NCBI GenBank assembly: GCA_965228735.1
Contig: OZ245838.1
Span: 7,008,001-7,072,000, forward strand
Direction: 5' to 3'
Length of the DNA stretch: 64,000 bases
Source of the DNA: Planctomycetota bacterium
Lineage (GTDB): Bacteria > Planctomycetota > UBA1135 > UBA2386
The translations under genes and the position numbers were made by a program. Of the stretch, positions 47,571-58,390 are shown one piece after another (position 1 is the first letter of the stretch; each line of letters opens with the position of its first letter). The notes below the pieces were generated by a model. The model saw only the letters and a program-made list of their open reading frames with translations, was not told where the DNA came from and made no database searches.

Positions 47571-49988
47571 ATGCAGACCCATGGTCGTTCCTCTGCGCCG
47601 CGCGCGGCTCTCGGCGTCGCGGTGGCCGTGCTCGTCGCGCTCGCTCCGCTGGCCCGCCCCGCTGCCGCGCAGGGCCCGTGGCGCCAGCTCGCCGATCCGG
47701 TCGCTGCCGGTTGGGACGAGGCCGGGGTCGCAGCGGCGCGCCAACTGGCGGAGAACGGTGGTTCGGCCGCGGTCGTCGTCGTCGATCGCGGCGTGATCGC
47801 GCACGCCTGGGGCGAGGTCGAACGCAAGTTCAAGTGCCACTCGGTGCGCAAGAGCATCCTGAGCCTGCTCTACGGCATCGCGGTCGAGCGCGGCCTCGTC
47901 GACCTCGAGGCGACCGTCGGAGCGCTCGGGATCGACGATCGGTCGGCGCTGTCCGACGTCGAGAAGTCGGCCCGGATCATCGACCTCCTGGCAGCGCGTT
48001 CGGGCGTCTACCACCCCGCGGCGAAGGAGCCGAACGACATGAAGCGTCGTCGGCCCGCGCGGTTCTCGCAGCGGCCGGACGAGCGATTCTTCTACAACAA
48101 CTGGGACTTCAACGTCGCCGGGGTCGTGCTCGCGCAACAGACCGGGAAGGACCTCTTCGCGACGTTCGACGAGTGGCTCGCCAAGCCACTGGGGCTCGAG
48201 GACTGGCAGTCGGACGACGGGCGCTACGAGCTCGAGCCGGGCAACTCGGAGCACGCGGCGTTCGCGTTCCGCATGTCGGCGCGTGACCTCGCCCGCATCG
48301 GCTGGCTCGTGAGCAACGACGGTCGCGTCGGAGAGCGGGCCGTCGTCCCGGCCGCGTGGATCGAGCGCAGCACGGGGCTCGTCTCGCGCTTCCAGAACGA
48401 CTCGGGCTACGGCCTGATGTGGTGGTGCTATCCCGCGGGGTCGCTCGCGAGCGCGCCGCGGCTCAATGAGCACGACGTGGTGCTCGCGCGCGGCACCGGC
48501 GGGCAGGCGGTCTTCGTCGTGCGCGGTCAGGACTTCGTCGTCGTGCACCGCGGCGACACGGACAACGGGCAGCGCGTCGGCGGCGGCACGGTGTTCGGAA
48601 TCGTCGAGGCGATGTTCGCGGCGCGCCCGGCCGCAGCGCCGGCCCGCGAGCTTTCGACCGAGGGCATCGTCGCGACGCCGCTCCCGGGCCGCCTGCCCCG
48701 GCGTCCCGAGCGCTCGGCCGTCGCGAGCACCGCGGCAGAACGGGCCGAAGTCGCCGGCGTCTATCGCTTCCCCCGACTCGGTCGCTGTCGCGTGTTCGAG
48801 CACGACGACCGGTTGTTCGTGCACGCCGCTCCCGGGAACGAGACCGAGCTGGTGCGCGTTCGCGCTGACGATGGACCCGACGGCGATGGTGGCGCTTCGT
48901 GGATCGCGGCGGTCGATGGCGGGGCGATGACGCCCGAGCGCGGCGCGAACGGTCGCGTCGTCGCCGTCACGGTCGAGGTCGGCGGCCGCGCTCTGCGCGG
49001 CGAACGGGTCCCACCCGACGGAGAGCTCTGGGTCGTGCACATCGACGAGGGCGGCGTGCGCCAGGTCGACCTCACGACCGGCATCGCCTCGGACCTCATC
49101 GCGACCGGCCGTGGACCGCACGAGATCGCGCTGTGCCCCGACGGTCGTCGCGCCGTCGTCGCGGACTACGCGGGCAGCCGGCTCGCGGTCGTCGACCTCG
49201 ACGCGCGCACCGTCGAGCGTCAGATCCCGCTCGCGCGCGATCCCGTGCCGGCGTTCTCCCGGCCGCACGGCGTCGCGGTGACCGACGACGGGACGGCGCT
49301 CGTGACGGCGGAGGCCAATCAGCGGTTGCTGCGGGTCGACCTCGAGCGTGGCGCGGTGCAGGCCGCGATGCCGACGGCGGCGCGCATGTCTCACATGGTC
49401 CTGCCGTTCGACGACGGGGCGCGCGCACTCGTCGCGAACAAGACGGACGGTGACCTGACGGTCGTCGACGTCGCGCAGGGCAAGGTCGTGCAGAAGATCG
49501 CGACGGGTGCCGGGGCGCAAGGGCTCGCGTTGCGGCCGGGCACCCGCGAGGTCTGGGTCACCAACATTGAGGCCGACTCGCTGTCGATCGTCGACCTCGA
49601 TTCGCTCACCGAGATCGCCGAGCTGCCGTGCCCGGACCATCCGGTGCGCGTCGCGTTCTCGCCGGATGGTTCGCGCGCGATCGTGAGTCACTACCGGCCG
49701 GGCACGGTGTCGATCTGGGGCGCGGCAGCGCGCCGTCTCCGGATCGAGTTGCCGTTGCCGCGACTGACGAACGAGGCCGCCGCCGCGCGACCGTCGCCCG
49801 CGCACCGCCGCGGCTTCCCGGTCACGACCCCGTTGCCTGTCGGGCTGCTCGTGCACCCGGACGGCGAGACCGCGTTCGTCGCGTGCACGCGCGGCGATCA
49901 GGTGATCGAGATCGACCTCGCGTTCGAGATCGTCGGCCGCCGGTTCGCGACGGGCCGCGCGCCCGACGGCATGATCTGGCGCCGGTGA
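47571..49988 (+). CDS. Secreted serine hydrolase (beta-lactamase class C-like) fused to a YVTN/YncE beta-propeller
   Basis: Signal peptide (AAA-Q); SVRK (SxxK), YNN (YxN), GYGLMWW, ARGTGGQ; C-terminal repeats TGRGPHEIAL.PDG, PVRVAFSPDG, TGRAPDGM. Confidence 0.85.
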   Translation: MQTHGRSSAPRAALGVAVAVLVALAPLARPAAAQGPWRQLADPVAAGWDEAGVAAARQLAENGGSAAVVVVDRGVIAHAWGEVERKFKCHSVRKSILSLLYGIAVERGLVDLEATVGALGIDDRSALSDVEKSARIIDLLAARSGVYHPAAKEPNDMKRRRPARFSQRPDERFFYNNWDFNVAGVVLAQQTGKDLFATFDEWLAKPLGLEDWQSDDGRYELEPGNSEHAAFAFRMSARDLARIGWLVSNDGRVGERAVVPAAWIERSTGLVSRFQNDSGYGLMWWCYPAGSLASAPRLNEHDVVLARGTGGQAVFVVRGQDFVVVHRGDTDNGQRVGGGTVFGIVEAMFAARPAAAPARELSTEGIVATPLPGRLPRRPERSAVASTAAERAEVAGVYRFPRLGRCRVFEHDDRLFVHAAPGNETELVRVRADDGPDGDGGASWIAAVDGGAMTPERGANGRVVAVTVEVGGRALRGERVPPDGELWVVHIDEGGVRQVDLTTGIASDLIATGRGPHEIALCPDGRRAVVADYAGSRLAVVDLDARTVERQIPLARDPVPAFSRPHGVAVTDDGTALVTAEANQRLLRVDLERGAVQAAMPTAARMSHMVLPFDDGARALVANKTDGDLTVVDVAQGKVVQKIATGAGAQGLALRPGTREVWVTNIEADSLSIVDLDSLTEIAELPCPDHPVRVAFSPDGSRAIVSHYRPGTVSIWGAAARRLRIELPLPRLTNEAAAARPSPAHRRGFPVTTPLPVGLLVHPDGETAFVACTRGDQVIEIDLAFEIVGRRFATGRAPDGMIWRR

Positions 49989-49989
49989 A

Positions 49990-51444
49990 TCAGCGCGGTG
50001 AGCCCGGAGGCGTCGTGGACGCAGTGCCGGTGTAGAGCGCCAATCGCAGCAGGTAGTCCTCGTAGAAGTCGGTCGAACCCGCGACGTAGCCCTCGACCGA
50101 GATCCGGCCGACGCCTTTGACCTGATGGGCGAAGCCGTCGTGCCATAGATCGGGCACGAGCGCGCGGCGCGGCTCGGTGTCGCGTTGCATGCGCCAGTGA
50201 GCCGCGGCGAGAGCGAAGGCCTGATCGCGCACCCAGCGCGGTTTGTGGCCCGCATCGATGAGCGCGAGGAAGTCGGCGCGGCGGGGTTCGTCCGTGATGA
50301 AACGGGCGAAGAACGTCCGCATCGCGTCCTTGGTGCGCGGGCCGAACTTGCCGTCGACGCGCAGCTCGGGTGCGACGAGGTCGTGTAGCAGCAGCTGCAG
50401 CGCGGCCGTCCGCGACGCGCCGCGGCCCGCATGGAAGTCGGCGAACACGAACGCCAGCCGCGGGTCGTGGGTGATGCGCGGGGGGATGCGATCGGGTGGA
50501 CGGTGGCCGTGCTCGGCTTCCCAGAGGCGTGCGACGATCGCGATACCGAGGTCACTGCCGGGCTCGGCCGCGAGGTAGCGTTCGCGTTCGGTGGCGCTCA
50601 GGGCGGAGGCGGCGACGCTCGAGACCTCGCGGGAGCGAGCGCCGAGAACGCCGTCGAGCGCGAGCGGGCGCCGGGTCACGTCGCTGAGCAGCTTCTGCCA
50701 GAGCGCGATCCGGTCCGCGCGTCGTGGCAGGGTGCCGAGCCAGTCGCGGGCGAGCGTGCGATCCGGTGTCGCCACCAGGCCGGGCGCGCCGCGCGAATGC
50801 ACGAACCCGGTGAGTCGGCGGTCGGGGAAATGGTCGCGGACGATCGGGTCGAGCACGGCCACGCAGGCTGCGACGCCGAGTTCGATGTCGGCCGCGAGCG
50901 TTTCGAGTTCGTTGACCGCGAGGTCGCGTCCGAGCGTGCGCTCGAACACGTCCTGCAGCCGCCAGCGCTGCACCTGCATCGGGCCGATCGTGTGGACCGG
51001 GTCGGGGACGCCGAGCTCGTGCACGAGTTGCGGGACCAGGCGCTCGAAGAGCCACTCGAGATCCGTCGCGAGGAAGTGCGATTCGCGGCGCACCTGCGCG
51101 GTGACGAGCGCGATGTAGCCGAGGTCCTCGGTCGGCGTGGCGCGCACGATGGCTTCGGCCCAGCGCTGCGCGTTCTGCACGTTGTCCTCGGCGAGCAGGC
51201 GCATGAGGGCGCTTACGAGCCGCTGTTGATCGGGGCGCAGCGCGGTGCGCTCCGGGCGGGCGGGCGGGGTGGTCGCCCGGTTCTGGTAGCCGAGGTAGAG
51301 CGTGCTGCCGAAATGGAACGTGCCGTAGAGCGCGAGCGCCGCGACGCCCACGCGCCACGTGAGCCGTGAGAGCCGCGACCAGCGCCGGGTGCGCGACTCT
51401 CCGACGCCTGCGCCCGACTCGCCCGCTCGGTGTCCGCCCGCCAT
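49990..51444 (-). CDS. DUF1615 (YaiW)-like membrane-anchored protein, lysozyme-like motifs
   Basis: N-terminal TM; WA..I, RRESHF, PVHTIGPMQV, FADFHAG..ASR.AALQ, LRVDGKFGP. Start uncertain. Confidence 0.6.
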   Translation of the reverse strand: MAGGHRAGESGAGVGESRTRRWSRLSRLTWRVGVAALALYGTFHFGSTLYLGYQNRATTPPARPERTALRPDQQRLVSALMRLLAEDNVQNAQRWAEAIVRATPTEDLGYIALVTAQVRRESHFLATDLEWLFERLVPQLVHELGVPDPVHTIGPMQVQRWRLQDVFERTLGRDLAVNELETLAADIELGVAACVAVLDPIVRDHFPDRRLTGFVHSRGAPGLVATPDRTLARDWLGTLPRRADRIALWQKLLSDVTRRPLALDGVLGARSREVSSVAASALSATERERYLAAEPGSDLGIAIVARLWEAEHGHRPPDRIPPRITHDPRLAFVFADFHAGRGASRTAALQLLLHDLVAPELRVDGKFGPRTKDAMRTFFARFITDEPRRADFLALIDAGHKPRWVRDQAFALAAAHWRMQRDTEPRRALVPDLWHDGFAHQVKGVGRISVEGYVAGSTDFYEDYLLRLALYTGTASTTPPGSPR

Positions 51445-51556
51445 GACCGGGCATGACGGTAGCACGGTCGGCATATTCGGGAACGGCAAACGTGCCGCGG
51501 ACGCCGATCCCGCCGGCCAGTTCACCGCGCGTTCTGCCTATACTCCCCGGCCTGCC

Positions 51557-52615
51557 ATGGAACTCATCCTCGTCGTCGCGCTCGCGACGCTGGCCGCATC
51601 GTTCGTCTGTTCGCTGTTCGAGGCCGCGCTCTACGCGGTGACGCCGGCGCAGATCGAACTCGCCAAGCAACGCGGGACGAAGGGCGCCAGACGGCTCGAG
51701 AAGCTGCGCAGCGACGTCGAAGAGCCGATCGCGGCGATCCTGACGATCAACACGATCGCGCACACGATCGGCGCCGCCTGGTGCGGCGCGATGGTCGCGC
51801 GCGAGTACGGCGACGGCGCGGTCGCGGTCTTCGCGACGGTGTTCACCGTGGCCGTGCTCGTGCTCACCGAGATCATCCCGAAGAGCCTCGGTGTGCGGCT
51901 CGCCGCGAGCTTCGGTCCGAGTCTCGCGTGGCCGCTGCAGCTGCTGACCTGGTTCGCGTGGCCGATCGCGCGCCCGACGCGCGCCGCGATGCGCTGGCTC
52001 ACGGGCGGCAAGGGGCCGGTCGGGCCGAGCGAGGACGAGGTGGTCGTGTTCTCGCAGCTGGCGCGCCGTCACGGTCAGGTCCGCCGCGAGGAGCACGAGT
52101 GGGTGCGGAATGCCCTGACGCTCGACCAGGTGCGCGTGCGCGAGATCATGACACCGCGCCGGGTCGTCGAGATGCTGCCGGAGTCGATGCCGCTGCAGGA
52201 CGCGATCGCGCGCACGGATCGCTGGGTCCACAGTCGGGTGCCGCTGCACGCGGCCGACGACACGGATCAGGTGATCGGCGTGGTCTACCGCCGCGAGGTG
52301 TTCGACGCCGCGGTCAGCGGCCGCGAGATCGCGACCCTCGCGGAGCTCAAGAAGCCGCTCGAGAACGTGCCGGAGACGATGGCCGCGCACGAGCTGCTGC
52401 GGCTGTTCCTGCGGCGCCGGCGTCACCTCGTCGGGGTCGTCGACGAGTACGGCGCGTTCGAGGGCATCGTGACCCTCGAGGACGTGCTCGAGGCGATGCT
52501 CGGCGAGGAGATCGTCGACGAGCACGACGAGATCGTCGATTTGCAGGAGCACGCGCGGCAGTCGAACCCGCATGCCGGGCTCGAGGGTGAGTCGGGCAGC
52601 AATCCCCAGTCCTGA
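51557..52615 (+). CDS. CNNM/CorC-HlyC family protein (DUF21 + CBS pair)
   Basis: SFVCSLFEAAL, ILTINTIAHTIGA, EIIPKSLG, IMTPR, VVDEYG...GIVTLEDVLE. Confidence 0.92.
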   Translation: MELILVVALATLAASFVCSLFEAALYAVTPAQIELAKQRGTKGARRLEKLRSDVEEPIAAILTINTIAHTIGAAWCGAMVAREYGDGAVAVFATVFTVAVLVLTEIIPKSLGVRLAASFGPSLAWPLQLLTWFAWPIARPTRAAMRWLTGGKGPVGPSEDEVVVFSQLARRHGQVRREEHEWVRNALTLDQVRVREIMTPRRVVEMLPESMPLQDAIARTDRWVHSRVPLHAADDTDQVIGVVYRREVFDAAVSGREIATLAELKKPLENVPETMAAHELLRLFLRRRRHLVGVVDEYGAFEGIVTLEDVLEAMLGEEIVDEHDEIVDLQEHARQSNPHAGLEGESGSNPQS

Positions 52616-52658
52616 ATCCACTGCCCCGTAGCCCGGCGGACGGGTTACGATCGACGGC

Positions 52659-53588
52659 ATGAAGCGAAGTCTGCTCGTCGCGCTGGTCCTGTCGGTCGCC
52701 GGGTTCTCGGCGGACGCTGTCGCACAGGCGCGGTCGCGCGCGGATGCCGCGCTGCTCCTCAGGGCGTTCGCGGCGGCCGGCGGCAAAGTGCAGAAGGTCG
52801 TCGACGCGATCGACATCCACGTCGAGAAGACGTGGGACGCTCCGTGGATCGCGACGTCCGAGAACTTCGAGGTCCGCACTCTCGCGGGCTATGGCTATGG
52901 CCGCGACCTCGCGCTCGGGCTCGAAGCCCGCCTCGTCGACTTCAACAAGACGCTCGGAATCGATTACGTGCCGCGGAGCCGGCACAAGGTGCTGCTGTTT
53001 CCCGACGCGACGGCGTACAACAACTACGCCAACGCCAACAACGCCGACGAGCGATCGTCGATGTACGGGAGCTTCTACTCGCCGCAGCCCGAACAGGCGG
53101 TCGCGGCGCTGTTCCACCCGAATCCGCAGTGGACGCGCATGCAGGTCACGCACAGTTCGGTGAACCAATGGCTCGCCAGCGCCTATCCGCGCACGACGAT
53201 TCCGGACTGGATCGACGAGGGGCTCGCCGCCTACATCACGTTGTTCTGGGACTACTACTATCACCTGGACCAATTCGAGGCGCTGCGGCGAGAGGGGCGG
53301 CTGCTGCCGCTCCGGCAGCTCCTGTCGGAAACGACGGCCAACTACGGCGATGCGACCGGCGCCCACCTGCGCTTCATGCAGCTCAGCATGCTGTTCTGCT
53401 ACCTGATCCGGTACTGCGAAACGACGCGTACGCAGGAGGACGGCAGCGCGGCGCCGTTCCGCGACTACCTGCAGAAGGTGCTGGCCGGCGAATCGACCGA
53501 GGGCACGGTGGTGCGCGAGCTGCTCACCGATACCGAGAAGGCCGCGGCGTTCGAGCGCGAGTTCCTCGGCTACGAGTTCCCGCGGTAG
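52659..53588 (+). CDS. Secreted gluzincin/peptidase-MA (DUF1570)-like protein with degenerate zinc motif
   Basis: Signal peptide; SENFEV, PDWIDEGLAAY, LLPLRQLL. The HExxH position reads HSSVN. Confidence 0.6.
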   Translation: MKRSLLVALVLSVAGFSADAVAQARSRADAALLLRAFAAAGGKVQKVVDAIDIHVEKTWDAPWIATSENFEVRTLAGYGYGRDLALGLEARLVDFNKTLGIDYVPRSRHKVLLFPDATAYNNYANANNADERSSMYGSFYSPQPEQAVAALFHPNPQWTRMQVTHSSVNQWLASAYPRTTIPDWIDEGLAAYITLFWDYYYHLDQFEALRREGRLLPLRQLLSETTANYGDATGAHLRFMQLSMLFCYLIRYCETTRTQEDGSAAPFRDYLQKVLAGESTEGTVVRELLTDTEKAAAFEREFLGYEFPR

Positions 53589-53594
53589 CTGCTG

Positions 53595-55967
<2,373 letters not shown>

Positions 55968-56161
55968 CGGTGGGTTGGCAGGATCAAACGAGAGCGGGTG
56001 CGTCCAGTCCAGGCCCGCGGCGCGAAAGACCCGCCCTCGGGACCTGCGAGTTCTCGGCACCAATACTCCGGGAACGGACGTCCGGTGGCGGAGAAGTCGT
56101 TCGGGAACATTTCTGGTGAAGCCGAACCCGCAGCGCCGGCGGGTCGCACGTAGGCCGCCGC

Positions 56162-57622
56162 ATGCGCCGTTTGCATCTGCACCTGCACCGCGTCACCGCC
56201 GCCGTTCTCCTCGTAGCCGCAGCAACCGCCGAAATCGTCGCCCAGGACGGGAATTCGATCGCGTCCGAGGGGTTGAATCACGAACCGCAGGTCGCCGATC
56301 TGCGGGTGGCGGGAGAGGGGCGCGACCGCGTGACGTTCACCGTCCGATGGCCGAACGCGTTCTGCACGGCGCGGAACCACGATGCCGCGTGGATCGTGTT
56401 GCGGGGGCCGGACGCGCGGGCGCCGACGGTGCGGGTCGCGACGCACGGCCACCGGGCGGAGGGTGACCGGCCGGGTCGGGTGATCGCCTCCGCCGATGGC
56501 CGCGGCGTGTTCGTGGAGCCGACGGTCGCGTTCGAAGGGTCGGCGGACGTCGAATGGCGCGTGACCGTCGCGCTCGCCGAGGCGGCGCCGGAGCCGGTGA
56601 CCGCGTGGGCGGTCGGGATGGTGTTCGTGCCCGCGGGGCCGTTCGAGGCCGGGGACGACGATCCGATCGCGCTGCAGTTCGGTGCGCTGCACACGGTCGG
56701 TGACGACGGCCAGTCCGTCGGCCCGGTTCGGATCGAGAGCGAGGCGGAGCTCGCGGTCGGCGAGGGTGCTGGCGAACTGCGCTACCGCCGGGGTCAGTAT
56801 CGCGGTGATGGTGCCGGGCCCGTGCCGGCTGCGTGGCCGAAAGGAACGCGCGCGTTCTACGTCATGCGGCGCGAACTGTCGCAGGGGCTCTACGCGCGCT
56901 TCCTGTCGGCGCTGCCCGGGGACTGGCAGGCCGCGCGCGGTCCGATCGAGCTGCAGGGGAAGGAGACCGCGACGTGCTCGATCATCCGGACCGAGGCTGG
57001 TTGGCGGGCGGATGCGCCGACCCGGCCGTGCAACTTCGTCTCGTGGGACGACACCGCCGCGCTCATGGACTGGCTCGCGTTGCGGCCGATGACGGAGCTC
57101 GAGTTCGAGAAGGCGGCGCACGGTCCGCGACGGCCCGTGCCGCTCGACTATCCGTGGGGCACCGCCGCGCTCGCGGATCTCGACCGCAGGGTGACGCCGA
57201 CGCGTGACCTCGAGAACGCAACGCCCGCGGCCGAGCGTGACCTCACCGAGGCGACGCGCGCGCCGTTCGGCGCGTCGTTCTACCGGGTCATGGATCTCGC
57301 CGGCAGCCTGTGGGAGCGCGTCGTCACGCTCGGGCATCCGAAGGGGCGCGCGTTCGTCGGCTCGCACGGTGATGGGCGGCTCGGTGAGCTCGGTACCGCG
57401 ACCAACGCGGATTGGCCGCGGCAGGAGCAGGGCGGCGACGCGGCGTTCGGGATCGGCTACCGCGGCGGCGCGGAGTACTTCGTGCCGGTCAAGGCAGGGG
57501 ATCCGACCAACCCCGCGAGCCCGGTCGCGCTGCGGACCTACGGCGCGTGGGAGGGCGGTCAGCGGTACAAGACGTACAGTGCGCGCGGCTGCCGCACGGC
57601 GGACGGCAATCGGCCGCGCTGA
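56162..57622 (+). CDS. Secreted SUMF1/EgtB/PvdO (FGE-sulfatase fold) protein
   Basis: Signal peptide; MVFVPAGPF, FYVMRRE, VSWDD, LRPMTELEFEKA, YPWG, MDLAGSLWE, YRGG. Confidence 0.75.
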   Translation: MRRLHLHLHRVTAAVLLVAAATAEIVAQDGNSIASEGLNHEPQVADLRVAGEGRDRVTFTVRWPNAFCTARNHDAAWIVLRGPDARAPTVRVATHGHRAEGDRPGRVIASADGRGVFVEPTVAFEGSADVEWRVTVALAEAAPEPVTAWAVGMVFVPAGPFEAGDDDPIALQFGALHTVGDDGQSVGPVRIESEAELAVGEGAGELRYRRGQYRGDGAGPVPAAWPKGTRAFYVMRRELSQGLYARFLSALPGDWQAARGPIELQGKETATCSIIRTEAGWRADAPTRPCNFVSWDDTAALMDWLALRPMTELEFEKAAHGPRRPVPLDYPWGTAALADLDRRVTPTRDLENATPAAERDLTEATRAPFGASFYRVMDLAGSLWERVVTLGHPKGRAFVGSHGDGRLGELGTATNADWPRQEQGGDAAFGIGYRGGAEYFVPVKAGDPTNPASPVALRTYGAWEGGQRYKTYSARGCRTADGNRPR

Positions 57623-57718
57623 CGGCGTGGTGTGCCGGCGGAGGCGGTTCGCGCCGGCAGATCGAACCGGGTACCGTACGTCGGTGAAGCTCCGGGCAAG
57701 ACCCGCTAAGTTGCGCGG

Positions 57719-58390
57719 ATGATCGCACGCGAGTTGGTCGGCACCGCGCAGGTGCAGGATGGTGGCGAACTTCGCTGCTACCGCCACGACCGCGACTACT
57801 TCGTCTTCGCCGGCAACACCGAGCTCATGAGCACGCGCGTGTTCGGTTCCGAGGAAGTGCTCGCGGAGCTCGCGATCGAACGGCGTGGGAAGGCGAACGC
57901 GAAGCGCGTGCTCGTCGGCGGTCTCGGCATGGGCTACTCGCTGGCGCGCACGCTGGCGTTGGTCGGGCCGGACACCAAGGTCGACGTCGCCGAGCTCGTG
58001 CCCGAGATGGTGCAGTGGCACCGCGACTGGTTCGCGGAGTTCAACGGCCATCCGCTGGACGATCCGCGCACCGAGCTCGTCGTCGCGGACGTGATCGACG
58101 TCGTCAAGGACCGGGTCAGCACCTACGACGTGATCCTGCTCGACGTCGACAATGGCCCCGAAGCGTTGCTGCGGCCGGGCAACCAGAGCCTCTACAGCCA
58201 GCGCGGCCTGCCGCGCGTGCGCGCCGCGCTGAAGAGCGGCGGCGTGCTCGCGATCTGGTCCTCGGCCGAGCACCCACGCTTCGAACGCCGCCTCCAACGC
58301 ACCGGCTTCGACGTCACCCGCAAGTTCGTGCGAGCCCGCCGCGACAAGGGCCCCCGCCGCGTCATCTGGATCGCCGAACGCCTCGCCTGA
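57719..58390 (+). CDS. Spermidine synthase-like SAM-dependent methyltransferase-fold protein
   Basis: ELMSTR..GSEE.LA, VLVGGLGMGYSL, DVILLDVDNGP, GGVLAIWS. Confidence 0.85.
   Translation: MIARELVGTAQVQDGGELRCYRHDRDYFVFAGNTELMSTRVFGSEEVLAELAIERRGKANAKRVLVGGLGMGYSLARTLALVGPDTKVDVAELVPEMVQWHRDWFAEFNGHPLDDPRTELVVADVIDVVKDRVSTYDVILLDVDNGPEALLRPGNQSLYSQRGLPRVRAALKSGGVLAIWSSAEHPRFERRLQRTGFDVTRKFVRARRDKGPRRVIWIAERLA

Noticed and set aside
36736..49988. Beta-lactam resistance system (BlaI/BlaR1 plus class C-like hydrolase)
   Set aside because: BlaR1 lacks a penicillin-binding domain, and the hydrolase is ~8 kb away under a separate Crp/Fnr-type promoter. Both families are mostly non-resistance in this kind of genome.
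56162..57622. Formylglycine-generating enzyme maturing the 32768 sulfatase
   Set aside because: The catalytic Cys motif is not seen and the gene is 22 kb away; only the fold can be supported.
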